A stretch of 64,000 nt of DNA from an uncultured virus (IMG/VR IMGVR_UViG_3300043469_001223) (IMGVR_UViG_3300043469_001223); one strand, 5' to 3'; numbered from the stretch's first letter, positions 29,931 through 39,213 are shown. Translations and numbers: made by a program. The notes: a model not told the origin generated them from the letters alone.

Positions 29931-29955
29931 AACCCGCTTCGGCGGGTTTCTTTTT
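29929..29955 (+). terminator. Intrinsic terminator
   Basis: AACCCGC-TTCG-GCGGGTT followed by TCTTTTT. Confidence 0.88.
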
Positions 29956-29973
29956 GGCAAAAATTTCTTAAAA

Positions 29974-29991
29974 TTGTAATCATATTGTAAT
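29974..29991 (+). promoter_or_regulatory. Pho-box-like direct repeat
   Basis: TTGTAAT-CATA-TTGTAAT (11-bp period) directly upstream of pstS. Confidence 0.65.
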
Positions 29992-30037
29992 CGTTTTGTG
30001 TTTAAATATTAATATCACAAACACAAGGAGACTTACA

Positions 30038-31042
30038 GTGAAAAAATTATTTGCTATTCTATTTGCAGCCGTAGCAGTGTCAGCACAAGCCGCAGACATT
30101 ACAGGTGCCGGAGCTACCTTCCCATTCCCAATCTATGCCAAGTGGGCTGAAGGCTACAAAAAAGCCACAGGTACAGGCATGAACTATCAAAGCATCGGAA
30201 GTTCGGGTGGCATTCGTCAAATCAATGCAAAGACCGTTGACTTTGGTGCAACAGATGCTCCGGTAAGCGGTGAGAACTTGGACAAGAACGGACAGGTTCA
30301 ATTTCCTGCTATCATTGGCGGCACAGTTCCTGTGGTAAACTTAGACGGATTCAAACCCGGAGAACTACGCATCACTGGTCCAGTTATGGCTGAAGTGTTT
30401 ATGGGCAACATCACCAAGTGGAATGACCCTAAACTGGCTGCATTAAATCCAGGCAAGAACCTACCTAACGAGAACATCACCATTGTTCATCGTGCTGATG
30501 GTTCAGGTACAACATTCAACTGGACCGATTACTTGGCCACAGTAAGCCCTGAGTGGCTACAACGTGTGGGTCGTGGCGCCGCAGTCAAGTGGCCAGCAGC
30601 CACTTCAGTAGGTGGCAAGGGCAATGAAGGTGTTGCTGCCAATGTGAACAGAATCAAAGGTTCAATTGGTTATGTAGAGTATGCTTATGTTAAGAAAAAC
30701 AACATGACATTCCTGCAACTACAAAACAAGAGTGGCAAGTATGTAAGCCCGGACGACTTGACATTTGCTGCCGCAGCAGATGGTGCTGATTGGTTCAGTG
30801 TTCCAGGTATGGGACTTAGCATCGTGGATCAAAAGAATCCCAATGCATGGCCAGTGAGTTCAGCAAGTTTTATCATCATGTACAAAACTCCTGCTAACAA
30901 AGCTACTAGTGACGAAGTATTAAAGTTCTTTGATTGGGCATTCAAGAATGGTAAGAAAGATGCTGCCGACCTAGACTATGTGGCATTGCCTGACAGCTTG
31001 ACAAAGCAGATCCGTGAACGTGTTTGGACACAGATCAAATAA
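30038..31042 (+). CDS. pstS: Phosphate ABC transporter periplasmic binding protein
   Basis: Signal peptide, GAGATFP, YQSIGSSGG, RADGSGTT, IGYVEYAY. Confidence 0.97.
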   Translation: MKKLFAILFAAVAVSAQAADITGAGATFPFPIYAKWAEGYKKATGTGMNYQSIGSSGGIRQINAKTVDFGATDAPVSGENLDKNGQVQFPAIIGGTVPVVNLDGFKPGELRITGPVMAEVFMGNITKWNDPKLAALNPGKNLPNENITIVHRADGSGTTFNWTDYLATVSPEWLQRVGRGAAVKWPAATSVGGKGNEGVAANVNRIKGSIGYVEYAYVKKNNMTFLQLQNKSGKYVSPDDLTFAAAADGADWFSVPGMGLSIVDQKNPNAWPVSSASFIIMYKTPANKATSDEVLKFFDWAFKNGKKDAADLDYVALPDSLTKQIRERVWTQIK

Positions 31043-31089
31043 GATACTCGCCGGCTGACGGCGTATAATGTGATAAGTAGTCAGCACTG

Positions 31090-31112
31090 GCACCTTCGGG
31101 TGCTTTTCTTTT
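31090..31112 (+). terminator. Intrinsic terminator
   Basis: GCACC-TTCG-GGTGC followed by TTTTCTTTT. Confidence 0.8.
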
Positions 31113-31185
31113 GGTAAAATTTTCGGTTGCAATAAAACCAGTTTTGTTGTATAGTAGTGCATAGACATACACATTAGGAGGTTCT

Positions 31186-31518
31186 ATGAATAATGCTGAA
31201 CATACACTTACACAATTGAAACTTTGGTGCATTGCCCAATCTAAAGATGAACAGATTTGGTTTAATAAAGATACTACATATCAATGGAACAGAGGCAAGG
31301 ATACCGCAACTGGATTGATTAACGGTGTAGTACGAAAGTTAGCAGGTATTGACCCAGCTGGCAAACAAATTTGGGTAGTAGCCGGTTCGCTTAAAATTAA
31401 TCCCAATGGTACTGTAGCACGATTTACAGGTATCCCTAGCAAGGTTCAAAAGACATTTGAGTCACATGCATCAAATACTGCCAATCCTATCAACTTCCCT
31501 CAAACTGAGCTTGCATAA
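31186..31518 (+). CDS. Hypothetical protein
   Basis: AGGAGG RBS; TTGCAA-N17-TATAGT promoter upstream. Confidence 0.7.
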   Translation: MNNAEHTLTQLKLWCIAQSKDEQIWFNKDTTYQWNRGKDTATGLINGVVRKLAGIDPAGKQIWVVAGSLKINPNGTVARFTGIPSKVQKTFESHASNTANPINFPQTELA

Positions 31519-31910
31519 TGTCAATGCATCTGCATCACCCTAGCCTTAGTCTTAACGGCAAGAAGAAGGGCAAAGTCAAATTCCGTAATGCTGAAGAAGC
31601 ACGTAAGGCACGTGAGCTCGATGAGCAATGGAACACCCTCCAAAAGAAATGGGGAGTAGAGGCAGAGGACAAAAAGCGTAAACGAGCAATGAGTGCAGAG
31701 ACATTGTCATATTCATTACCGACACCTGTTGGTAGGACAAATACTCATCACATCAAAAGTTTAAATTCCGGAGCAGGCGTTGCCGCACTGGCACCAGCTA
31801 AGGTCTATACAGGCACTAAAATTAAAGGTATCGGTACTATGCATAAGAGCAATGCTGTGCCTATTTTTAGCGATGAGGAAGCTGTGGCCATTGCCAACAT
31901 GCGTCGATAA
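31518..31910 (+). CDS. Conserved phage hypothetical protein
   Basis: VYTG..IKGIGTMHKSNAVP C-terminal motif. Confidence 0.7.
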   Translation: MSMHLHHPSLSLNGKKKGKVKFRNAEEARKARELDEQWNTLQKKWGVEAEDKKRKRAMSAETLSYSLPTPVGRTNTHHIKSLNSGAGVAALAPAKVYTGTKIKGIGTMHKSNAVPIFSDEEAVAIANMRR

Positions 31911-31919
31911 ATATCATCT

Positions 31920-33194
31920 ATGCCTGTAACATTAAATGAAAAACTAATAGCCTATCTTGCACTGTTTAGCGGTCTCGCTATCAGCCTAGTCGCCGAATTC
32001 TACAGTATCATCGGCTTTACTGCAATCTTTGCCGCCGCCCAAATTCCCGTAATCATTATGGGCATTGTATTGGGCATTGGTAAGATTGCTGCTACTCTTT
32101 GGCTCAAACAAAATTGGAAAATTGCACACTGGTTAGTTAGAACATACCTGCTGACTGCCATTGCTGTTCTCATGGGCGTTACTTCGATGGGAATTTTTGG
32201 ATTCCTCAGCCAGGCTCACAGTGACCAAAGTTTAGTGTCGGGTGACGTGCAGAGTAAGATTGCAGTCTACGATGAAAAGATAAAAACCGCAAAGGAAAAT
32301 ATAGATGCAAACCGTAAGGCGCTTAAACAGATGGATGAGGCTGTGGACCAAGTCATGGCAAGAAGCAGTTCGGAAACGGGTGCCGACAAGGCAGTTGCTA
32401 TACGCCGCGCACAACAAAAAGAGCGTGCCCGCCTTCAATCTGAGATCCAAGCCGAACAGAAAACTATTACCTCTATTAGCGAAGAACGTGCGCCAATTGC
32501 AGCCGAAGTACGCAAGGTTGAAGCAGAAGTTGGTCCGATAAAATATATTGCACAGTTTGTCTACGGTGAAACAGATCCTACAATTTTGGAAAAAGCAGTT
32601 ACATGGGTAATTATTGTTCTTATTGTGGTATTTGATCCGTTGGCAGTTATCTTATTGTTAGCTAGTCAGATCAGTTTCCAGAATTTCCGTGACCGTAAAA
32701 AGGAATTAGTGGAGGGTAACAGCCCCGGAGGGACCACCGAGGTCGTAGACCCAGAGCCGCCTACTGTTACAGAACAACAAGAGACTACGGAGGGTGACAG
32801 CCCAACAGGTCCGATTGATGACGTAGTCTCCACGGCAACCACTGTCACATCTATTTTAGCACACCATCCTTATCTGTTAGAGCCGTTTGTACATTTCAAA
32901 GATCTAGCACCTATGGTGTATAAGCCCGAACTAGAAAGAATGAATGATCGCTCAGCAGTTGCGCCCGAAACAGAATTACAGGTTCTAGAAGAACCGCTAT
33001 TTGTTCAAAACGAAGAACAGTCAAATAGTGGCCTATGGACTAAAACAGCTAAAGCTATTAGTCAGGAAGAATATACAGAAATTAGCAGACAGGAAGCAAC
33101 ACTTAACGAGTGGTTGACAAAACTTAGAAACAAAGAAATTACAATGGCAGATATTCCAGAACATCTTTTATTAGATATCAGAGCGAGAAGATAA
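31920..33194 (+). CDS. Membrane protein with coiled coil
   Basis: N-terminal TM helices, coiled coil, EVGPIKYIA, TM with FDPLA. Confidence 0.7.
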   Translation: MPVTLNEKLIAYLALFSGLAISLVAEFYSIIGFTAIFAAAQIPVIIMGIVLGIGKIAATLWLKQNWKIAHWLVRTYLLTAIAVLMGVTSMGIFGFLSQAHSDQSLVSGDVQSKIAVYDEKIKTAKENIDANRKALKQMDEAVDQVMARSSSETGADKAVAIRRAQQKERARLQSEIQAEQKTITSISEERAPIAAEVRKVEAEVGPIKYIAQFVYGETDPTILEKAVTWVIIVLIVVFDPLAVILLLASQISFQNFRDRKKELVEGNSPGGTTEVVDPEPPTVTEQQETTEGDSPTGPIDDVVSTATTVTSILAHHPYLLEPFVHFKDLAPMVYKPELERMNDRSAVAPETELQVLEEPLFVQNEEQSNSGLWTKTAKAISQEEYTEISRQEATLNEWLTKLRNKEITMADIPEHLLLDIRARR

Positions 33195-33595
33195 TGAACG
33201 GAAAAATTACACTCATCACCCCTCCCGACATTTTTGAAAATGATTCGTATAGTGTACTGTTTATGCATCTAAGCGATTCCGATCAACAATTAGTTAGTAA
33301 ATGGTTAGCTGAATCAGACATCGAAGAACATATTAATGTATACTTCTACGATCACGAAATAGATTTACCTTGGCTCTTTCATGCGTTGGCTAGATGCGAT
33401 TACAAATACATCGATCTCAACGAAGTTAATGATGTCACTCGATCACTCAGTGGATACATTGTAGGGAAAAAGAATACATTCTATAAAGTTGATGATGAAA
33501 GCCTGTCCGCAGTTTATCACTACATAAACCAAGATCGGATAACTAATATTGAAACATTTTTAGAAAAGGCATTCAATGAACAAAACAGAAAGTGA
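33194..33595 (+). CDS. Hypothetical protein
   Basis: ITLITPPD.F motif; TAATG overlap. Confidence 0.65.
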   Translation: MNGKITLITPPDIFENDSYSVLFMHLSDSDQQLVSKWLAESDIEEHINVYFYDHEIDLPWLFHALARCDYKYIDLNEVNDVTRSLSGYIVGKKNTFYKVDDESLSAVYHYINQDRITNIETFLEKAFNEQNRK

Positions 33596-34805
33596 TCACT
33601 CTTGTGACTTCTGCGGAAAGAGCAAAGAAGATGTCGAGAAACTGATCGTAGGTGAACATGCGGCTATTTGTAACGAGTGCGTAGACCTTTGTGTCGATAT
33701 ACTAAAAGACAAAAAAGAAAAAGTTGCTGAACCTTCTAAACTTCTAAATCCTGTTGCTATCAAAGACTATCTTGACGAGTACGTTATAGGACAGGATGAT
33801 GCTAAAATTAGCCTTAGTGTTGCAGTTAGTCAGCATTACAAACGCATCAATAATCCTAGTAAAGATATTGAGCTCGAGAAAACCAACGTGTTATTGTTAG
33901 GACCCACGGGCTGCGGTAAGACCATGATGGCACGTAAAATTGCACAATATTTAGAATTACCTTTTGCCATATGTGATGCCACAGGTATTACAGAAGCAGG
34001 TTATGTCGGTGATGATGTTGAGAGCATTTTAACAAGATTAATCAACGAAGCAGATGGTGATCTTGATAAAGCGGCTCGTGGCATTGTCTACATTGACGAA
34101 ATTGATAAAATTTCCAAGAAGGGCGAAAATGTTAGTATTAGCCGAGATGTTAGTGGAGAAGGTGTACAACAGGCCTTGTTGAAAATGATCGAGGGATCGA
34201 TTATGCGAGTGCCATCGACTGGTAAACGAAAACATCCCGGAAGTGATATGCAGGAAATTGACACTAGGGGTATATTGTTTATATGCGGTGGAGCATTTGT
34301 AGGCTTGGACAAAATCATTAAACAGCGTAAGGGTGCAAAGTCAGTCGGATTCCATGCAAATGTAGACAACATCGACGAAGACGCAAGTGTTCTACAAGAC
34401 ATCAGTACAAAAGATCTTATCAAATACGGTCTTATTCCCGAGTTTGTAGGACGATTTGGGCTTATTACTAATGTAGACGAATTGTCAGAGGATCAACTAG
34501 TCAATATCCTTACTGAAACTAAAAATAGCCCAGTTAAACAATATCAGTATATGTTTGAGTTAGATGGTATTAAATTAGAATTTGAAATTCAAGCTCTAAA
34601 AGAAATTGCCCGTAAAGCCAAAGATCTCAAAACTAATGCTAGGGGACTTAAAAACATCATCGAAAAAACATTGCTGCCATATCAATTTGATGCAGTTGAC
34701 TTAGTTGCTCGAGGTTTAACAGCTATTCGCATAAGTAAAGATACGATTGATGGCAAACCTGCCATAATGATTTTTGATAAAAAGAAAAATGAGCAAACAA
34801 AATAA
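33576..34805 (+). CDS. clpX: ATP-dependent Clp protease ATPase subunit ClpX
   Basis: C4 zinc finger, GPTGCGKT, TEAGYVG, IDEIDKI, RDVSGEGVQQALLK, RKHP, VGF loop. Confidence 0.96.
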   Translation: MNKTESDHSCDFCGKSKEDVEKLIVGEHAAICNECVDLCVDILKDKKEKVAEPSKLLNPVAIKDYLDEYVIGQDDAKISLSVAVSQHYKRINNPSKDIELEKTNVLLLGPTGCGKTMMARKIAQYLELPFAICDATGITEAGYVGDDVESILTRLINEADGDLDKAARGIVYIDEIDKISKKGENVSISRDVSGEGVQQALLKMIEGSIMRVPSTGKRKHPGSDMQEIDTRGILFICGGAFVGLDKIIKQRKGAKSVGFHANVDNIDEDASVLQDISTKDLIKYGLIPEFVGRFGLITNVDELSEDQLVNILTETKNSPVKQYQYMFELDGIKLEFEIQALKEIARKAKDLKTNARGLKNIIEKTLLPYQFDAVDLVARGLTAIRISKDTIDGKPAIMIFDKKKNEQTK

Positions 34806-35022
34806 AGCAGTCGGTAATAAAGTTATCGTTGGCGACTTGCCATTAAATGTGGCATTAAGAAAATTCAAACAAAAGGTAGAAGATAGTGGAGTACTAGAAA
34901 CACTCCGATCTAAAATGTTTTACGAAAAACCAACTACCGAAAGAAAGCGAAAAAAAGGCGCAGCTAAATCTCGTTGGCAAAAGAAACTACGCGATAACGA
35001 ACTACCTAAAAAAATGTATTGA
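34789..35022 (+). CDS. rpsU: Ribosomal protein bS21
   Basis: ALRKFKQKV..G.L..LR...FYEKPTTERKRKK.AA. Confidence 0.88.
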   Translation: MSKQNKAVGNKVIVGDLPLNVALRKFKQKVEDSGVLETLRSKMFYEKPTTERKRKKGAAKSRWQKKLRDNELPKKMY

Positions 35023-35047
35023 CAAAGATCATTAAGTGTGTTATACT
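35019..35047 (+). promoter_or_regulatory. Sigma70 promoter
   Basis: TTGACA-N17-TATACT, 6 nt before ATG. Confidence 0.75.
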
Positions 35048-35053
35048 TACAGT

Positions 35054-35584
35054 ATGGCAAAACACTTAATGATTGATATGGAGACTATGGCTGTCTCCCC
35101 AAACGCAGTTGTCCTTAGTTTAGGCGCTGTACACTTTAATCCCTGGGGCAACGGATATGGAGAGAAGATTTATTTCCGTGTTGACCTCGACGACCAAGAT
35201 AAATTGGGTAGAGAAATTGACCCAAACACACTAGATTGGTGGAGTAAACAAGATCCGGTTATTATGGAAGAAGCCTTTAGTCCAGACAATCGAATTCCAC
35301 TTGCGGATGCAATGGACCAGTTTCACAAGTTTGCTTGGGGATGTGATGCATTTTGGTCACACGGTGCTACCTTTGACTTAGTAATTATCGAAAACATCTA
35401 TCGCCAACTTGGTAAGCCGTTGCCGTGGAATTATTGGCAGTTACGCGACACTCGCACTCTGTTTGATCTAGGATTTGATCCGGACATGCCCAAAGGTGGG
35501 AAACACGATGCTCTGCAAGATGCTATCCGACAAGCAGTAGGTGTCCAAAATATCTACAGTAAAATGAAGATCCGTCCTAGATAA
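35054..35584 (+). CDS. DEDDh 3'-5' exonuclease/exoribonuclease (DUF5051-like)
   Basis: MIDMET, WSHGATFD, RDTRT, HDALQDA. Confidence 0.85.
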   Translation: MAKHLMIDMETMAVSPNAVVLSLGAVHFNPWGNGYGEKIYFRVDLDDQDKLGREIDPNTLDWWSKQDPVIMEEAFSPDNRIPLADAMDQFHKFAWGCDAFWSHGATFDLVIIENIYRQLGKPLPWNYWQLRDTRTLFDLGFDPDMPKGGKHDALQDAIRQAVGVQNIYSKMKIRPR

Positions 35585-35601
35585 TTTGGATAAACCAGTT
35601 C

Positions 35602-35630
35602 TTGACAGGACTGGTTTTTTCTTGTATAAT
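35602..35630 (+). promoter_or_regulatory. Consensus sigma70 promoter overlapping a terminator hairpin
   Basis: TTGACA-N17-TATAAT inside AAACCAGT...ACTGGTTT. Confidence 0.8.
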
Positions 35631-35657
35631 AAAGACTTACACACAAAAGGATTTGAT

Positions 35658-36878
35658 ATGGCTTTTAATCAACATGCTGACCCTAAAGATAATTTTGGGC
35701 AAGACTTAATTCAAATTTTTGGACCACGCACTGCTCGAAAACATATTTCTAAACTCACTCCTGCTGAGAAAGAGGCTATTTTAGATAAAGTACCGGAATA
35801 TGTAGAAACAGACGACCTTGGCCCACGTCCTAGCTTTTATCAGGTTGCAAACAAGATTCTGTTAATACTAAAGAATACCAAGGCACTAAATGGTATTGAC
35901 CTTAACTGGTGTATGTCCTTGTCAAATGGGGGAATTTTCCGCGACCCTTCTCATTATATTCACACTGCCAAGGCATATAAAAACAATTCTGTTCAGCGCG
36001 GCATTCAGTTACGCCATCTATTGCAGGACATCCTCTTTGAATTTGAGCCTAGTCATGTATTAATGGGACTGGCTCGGCAGCTCAGTGACGGTACTTACAA
36101 TCTTAATAATGGTCAACATCGAACACTTGCATGTATTATTATTGGGGTACGTGAAGTTCCGGTAGAATGGAAAGTTAGTGATTTTGAAAGTGTAGACGTT
36201 GACCTGTATGCAACAGACAATCTGCATACATTGTCTGCTAGCCCTTTTGACGAGTTTCGAATTAAGGTTCGACGAAATCAAGTACGTAAGGCAGAAGGTC
36301 GAACTGATTTAATTGCCGAAGATATCAAATGTGAACATGTGTTTGACATTCATGCTCGATACGGAAGTCGATTTGTAGAAAAAGGTAAAGGCACGGATAA
36401 TGTGTTACCAAAAGAATGTACAGGCGTGGGTAACATGCTAAAATACTACGATGTTTACGGAGCCGACATCTACGAACGTGCGGTGGGAATAGTATGTTCT
36501 ATATTTGCCAAAGCACCGTTCTCTACTGCAAATGCGTGGGGAATTATGGAATACTTGCGTGAACAAGAAAACAACGGACCCATCTCTGATTCAATGGAGT
36601 TGGATTGGAACATTCAGGAAGCAATTACTTACAAGTACACAGATCCAGTTCGTAGTGGCATGCACTTAGATATTAAAAAAGTATTTCGTGAGTTTTTGGA
36701 AAATAATGCTAAAGCCGGTAAGTTTCTAGACTGCTCCGAGCCAAGATATCTTGCGGCCGGTATTGGTAAATTGTGCAAAATTGTACATCCTACAATTAAT
36801 TGGGCACCAATTAATTACAATGGACAAGATGTTGAAGTTGCACTTGCAGGATTTAAAGCAATTCCTAAGAAGCCATGA
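35658..36878 (+). CDS. ParB/Srx-like (DGQHR-type) domain protein
   Basis: VQR...YNLNNGQHRTLA motif. Confidence 0.6.
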   Translation: MAFNQHADPKDNFGQDLIQIFGPRTARKHISKLTPAEKEAILDKVPEYVETDDLGPRPSFYQVANKILLILKNTKALNGIDLNWCMSLSNGGIFRDPSHYIHTAKAYKNNSVQRGIQLRHLLQDILFEFEPSHVLMGLARQLSDGTYNLNNGQHRTLACIIIGVREVPVEWKVSDFESVDVDLYATDNLHTLSASPFDEFRIKVRRNQVRKAEGRTDLIAEDIKCEHVFDIHARYGSRFVEKGKGTDNVLPKECTGVGNMLKYYDVYGADIYERAVGIVCSIFAKAPFSTANAWGIMEYLREQENNGPISDSMELDWNIQEAITYKYTDPVRSGMHLDIKKVFREFLENNAKAGKFLDCSEPRYLAAGIGKLCKIVHPTINWAPINYNGQDVEVALAGFKAIPKKP

Positions 36879-37414
36879 ACCACATTGATATCAACAAGGC
36901 TATAACTAATAGGTCCCTCTTTACTGGGCGTGAAGAAGGTACCTATTTTACAGGCGAGCTTTATGACTATGTATGTGATAACCATGACGACCCGTTTATT
37001 CTTTTTAAACTAGCAGTCTACGGTTATTACGCAAAAGAATATAAATGGACTAGAGAGCAAGCAGATCAATTTATTGAAGATCATAAAGAGAATTCAATAA
37101 AATGGACTGACGGAGTAAATGAATATTATTACGATTGGGGCAAGGGCAAAAATTTGATTACCTCAGATTATCTGCATGTTCCTAATCTAGACCATATTGT
37201 TCCAAAAAGTCTCGGCGGCAAGGATGTTCCAGGAAATCTACGTATCCGATGCAGGCGTCTGAATGAAAATAGAGGAAATACTAATTCGGATAAAGAACGC
37301 AGAGCCACTATCATTGATCTTTATCAAGATATGTCGTCAGATGAGCAACAAAAGTTAATCATCTACCTAGAAAGTTTGGGTAAATTAAACATTGACAACT
37401 TGAACAATAAATAA
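36875..37414 (+). CDS. HNH nuclease domain protein
   Basis: LDHIVPKSLGGKD.PGNL...C..LN..RG. Confidence 0.8.
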   Translation: MNHIDINKAITNRSLFTGREEGTYFTGELYDYVCDNHDDPFILFKLAVYGYYAKEYKWTREQADQFIEDHKENSIKWTDGVNEYYYDWGKGKNLITSDYLHVPNLDHIVPKSLGGKDVPGNLRIRCRRLNENRGNTNSDKERRATIIDLYQDMSSDEQQKLIIYLESLGKLNIDNLNNK

Positions 37415-37420
37415 TACACT
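37392..37420 (+). promoter_or_regulatory. Sigma70 promoter with embedded TAAATA
   Basis: TTGACA-N17-TACACT, followed by AAGGAG RBS. Confidence 0.7.
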
Positions 37421-37438
37421 AAACACAAGGAGATAATC

Positions 37439-37513
37439 ATGGCACGTAGATCAGATAGGGCAACAAGTCCAATTAAAGTTGCAGTTCGCCGCCAACTTAG
37501 AAAGAAAAAATGA
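37439..37513 (+). CDS. Tiny basic peptide 1 (24 aa)
   Basis: MARRSDRATSPIKVAVRRQLRKKK*; AAGGAG RBS. Confidence 0.7.
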   Translation: MARRSDRATSPIKVAVRRQLRKKK

Positions 37514-37587
37514 TGGCTAAATTTAGAGCACATCATCCTCGATCAGTACGTGCTACTGCACGTCGAATTGTCAAAAAAAGGAAATAA
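37513..37587 (+). CDS. Tiny basic peptide 2 (24 aa)
   Basis: MAKFRAHHPRSVRATARRIVKKRK*; TGATG coupling. Confidence 0.65.
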   Translation: MAKFRAHHPRSVRATARRIVKKRK

Positions 37588-37590
37588 CTT

Positions 37591-37692
37591 ATGCCAAGCC
37601 CACGCAAAGTCAGTCAAATCTTAAAAGGCAAAAAGCCCCCAAAGCCAAAGACTGTAAACGAAATGGCTCGTCGAGCCGCAAAAAAGCGTTAA
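37591..37692 (+). CDS. Tiny basic peptide 3 (33 aa)
   Basis: MPSPRKVSQILKGKKPPKPKTVNEMARRAAKKR*; AAGGA upstream. Confidence 0.65.
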   Translation: MPSPRKVSQILKGKKPPKPKTVNEMARRAAKKR

Positions 37693-37737
37693 TAAATTTT
37701 ATGCTGTGAGAAACGGCATTTTACAAGGAGAAATTGT

Positions 37738-38019
37738 ATGAAAGAACATAATGTATTAATTCGTCACTACCGAGACGGCTCAATCGGTATTCACGCCCGC
37801 AAAAACGTGGGCGAAAACAAAGTAGAAATTCACGAGTCTTGGGCACAAGCATCTCTAGATGTTATGAGCAAGACTTACCAAAAGATTCGAGCAGGAGAAT
37901 TGGTAAGAGTTGAAACAGTTATCCAAAATCTAAGCAAATCTGATGCACAGGCCGCTAAACGATTTCTAATCATGTATTTCCAAAATCAGGGTATTTCTGT
38001 AGTTAATCCAGAATCTTAA
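37738..38019 (+). CDS. Hypothetical protein
   Basis: AAGGAG RBS. Confidence 0.65.
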   Translation: MKEHNVLIRHYRDGSIGIHARKNVGENKVEIHESWAQASLDVMSKTYQKIRAGELVRVETVIQNLSKSDAQAAKRFLIMYFQNQGISVVNPES

Positions 38020-38088
38020 TTTGGATAAATTTGGCAACGCCTGGGTCTGACATTCCTGCCGCTGACCAAGATAATCTAGGACGTTAAT

Positions 38089-38409
38089 ATGTTTGACTGG
38101 TTTAAAAATTTTAAAAACTCTAGAGACGAGAACCAAAATCACGGGTATACAAATATGGAAAATAAAATTAATCCAATCCCTCCTATTCCTAATATTCCAA
38201 AAAATCAATTTCGTGATCACTATAGAGTAGGTTACGACAATGAAACAGGATCAACTACTTTAACTCTACATACTGATGTAACCAGTATGACTTTAAGTCT
38301 AGGACCCCCTGATGTTCTTAGGCTCATTCGGATGCTAGGTGCAACACTAGACGATGAAGATATTATCGGACATATGCATGACGGAGATCTCGATGAGGAT
38401 GACGAATGA
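38089..38409 (+). CDS. Hypothetical protein
   Basis: ORF with AGGA RBS. Confidence 0.6.
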   Translation: MFDWFKNFKNSRDENQNHGYTNMENKINPIPPIPNIPKNQFRDHYRVGYDNETGSTTLTLHTDVTSMTLSLGPPDVLRLIRMLGATLDDEDIIGHMHDGDLDEDDE

Positions 38410-38699
38410 TAGCGATTACCTTTGCCATACAGAATCCTCGATTTAAAGGTTGGAAGAGTTTTAAGAACATCCGACATTGGCATGGTGCTACTCCTTTTAA
38501 AAATAAGCATTGGGAGTTCGAGCTGCTTAAAAATGGTTGCATTGTAGAATTTGATTTTACAGTAAGAACACGATGCGACCATTCTGGTGCAACATTAGGT
38601 CTGGGTCTGTTTGGCTACAGCATTAACGCAACTCTTTATGACAATCGTCATTGGGACGTTGAAAATAACTGTTGGAAAGTATATGGGCAATCAAACTGA
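38406..38699 (+). CDS. Hypothetical protein
   Basis: ATGA overlap; YDNRHWD motif. Confidence 0.6.
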   Translation: MIAITFAIQNPRFKGWKSFKNIRHWHGATPFKNKHWEFELLKNGCIVEFDFTVRTRCDHSGATLGLGLFGYSINATLYDNRHWDVENNCWKVYGQSN

Positions 38700-38931
38700 T
38701 TATTTTAACAAGATTGGATACAAGCATACCTATAACATAGGTGATCGTGTATTTGGTCACTATAATAAAATCCCATTTGTTGGTACAGTAGGTAATGACC
38801 GCAAAATTAACGACATCGACGGGCCGGAAGTAACTATACACTTAGATTTGCCTATACGAGTTAATGATAAAATAACTTTGTTTATCATAGTCAAACATAA
38901 AGACATCAAATTTAAATTAAAAGAAACATAA
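38683..38931 (+). CDS. Hypothetical protein
   Basis: IGDRVFG...IPFVGTVGND...IHLDLP. Confidence 0.6.
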   Translation: MGNQTDYFNKIGYKHTYNIGDRVFGHYNKIPFVGTVGNDRKINDIDGPEVTIHLDLPIRVNDKITLFIIVKHKDIKFKLKET

Positions 38932-38932
38932 T

Positions 38933-39151
38933 ATGAAATCAATTATAATTATTACAGCACTGCTCTTAACGGGATGTGCAACAAATCCAGATGTAGAGAA
39001 AAGTGTCAGTCGTGATAAAACTATGAACGACATGGCAAAGACAGCACTGATTAACGAGATGCTTAACAGTCGAGATCCTGCTGTGAGATTAGAAGGTGCT
39101 AGAATTGCCAAAGACTTCGTCGCACCGAAACGAAGATTATTTGATTTTTGA
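38933..39151 (+). CDS. Small lipoprotein
   Basis: Lipobox LLLTGC. Confidence 0.7.
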   Translation: MKSIIIITALLLTGCATNPDVEKSVSRDKTMNDMAKTALINEMLNSRDPAVRLEGARIAKDFVAPKRRLFDF

Positions 39152-39167
39152 ATAACCTATTATTGAC

Positions 39168-39213
39168 ATAGGAAAAATCAATGGAAAACCATGAGTTTTT
39201 AGTTGATTGCTAT
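39168..39213 (+). promoter_or_regulatory. Possible OxyR/LysR-type operator upstream of ahpC
   Basis: ATAG-N7-CAAT ... TTAG-N7-CTAT half-sites. Confidence 0.4.

Noticed and set aside
29604..29960. 118-aa minus-strand ORF
   Set aside because: Antisense shadow of the tmRNA.
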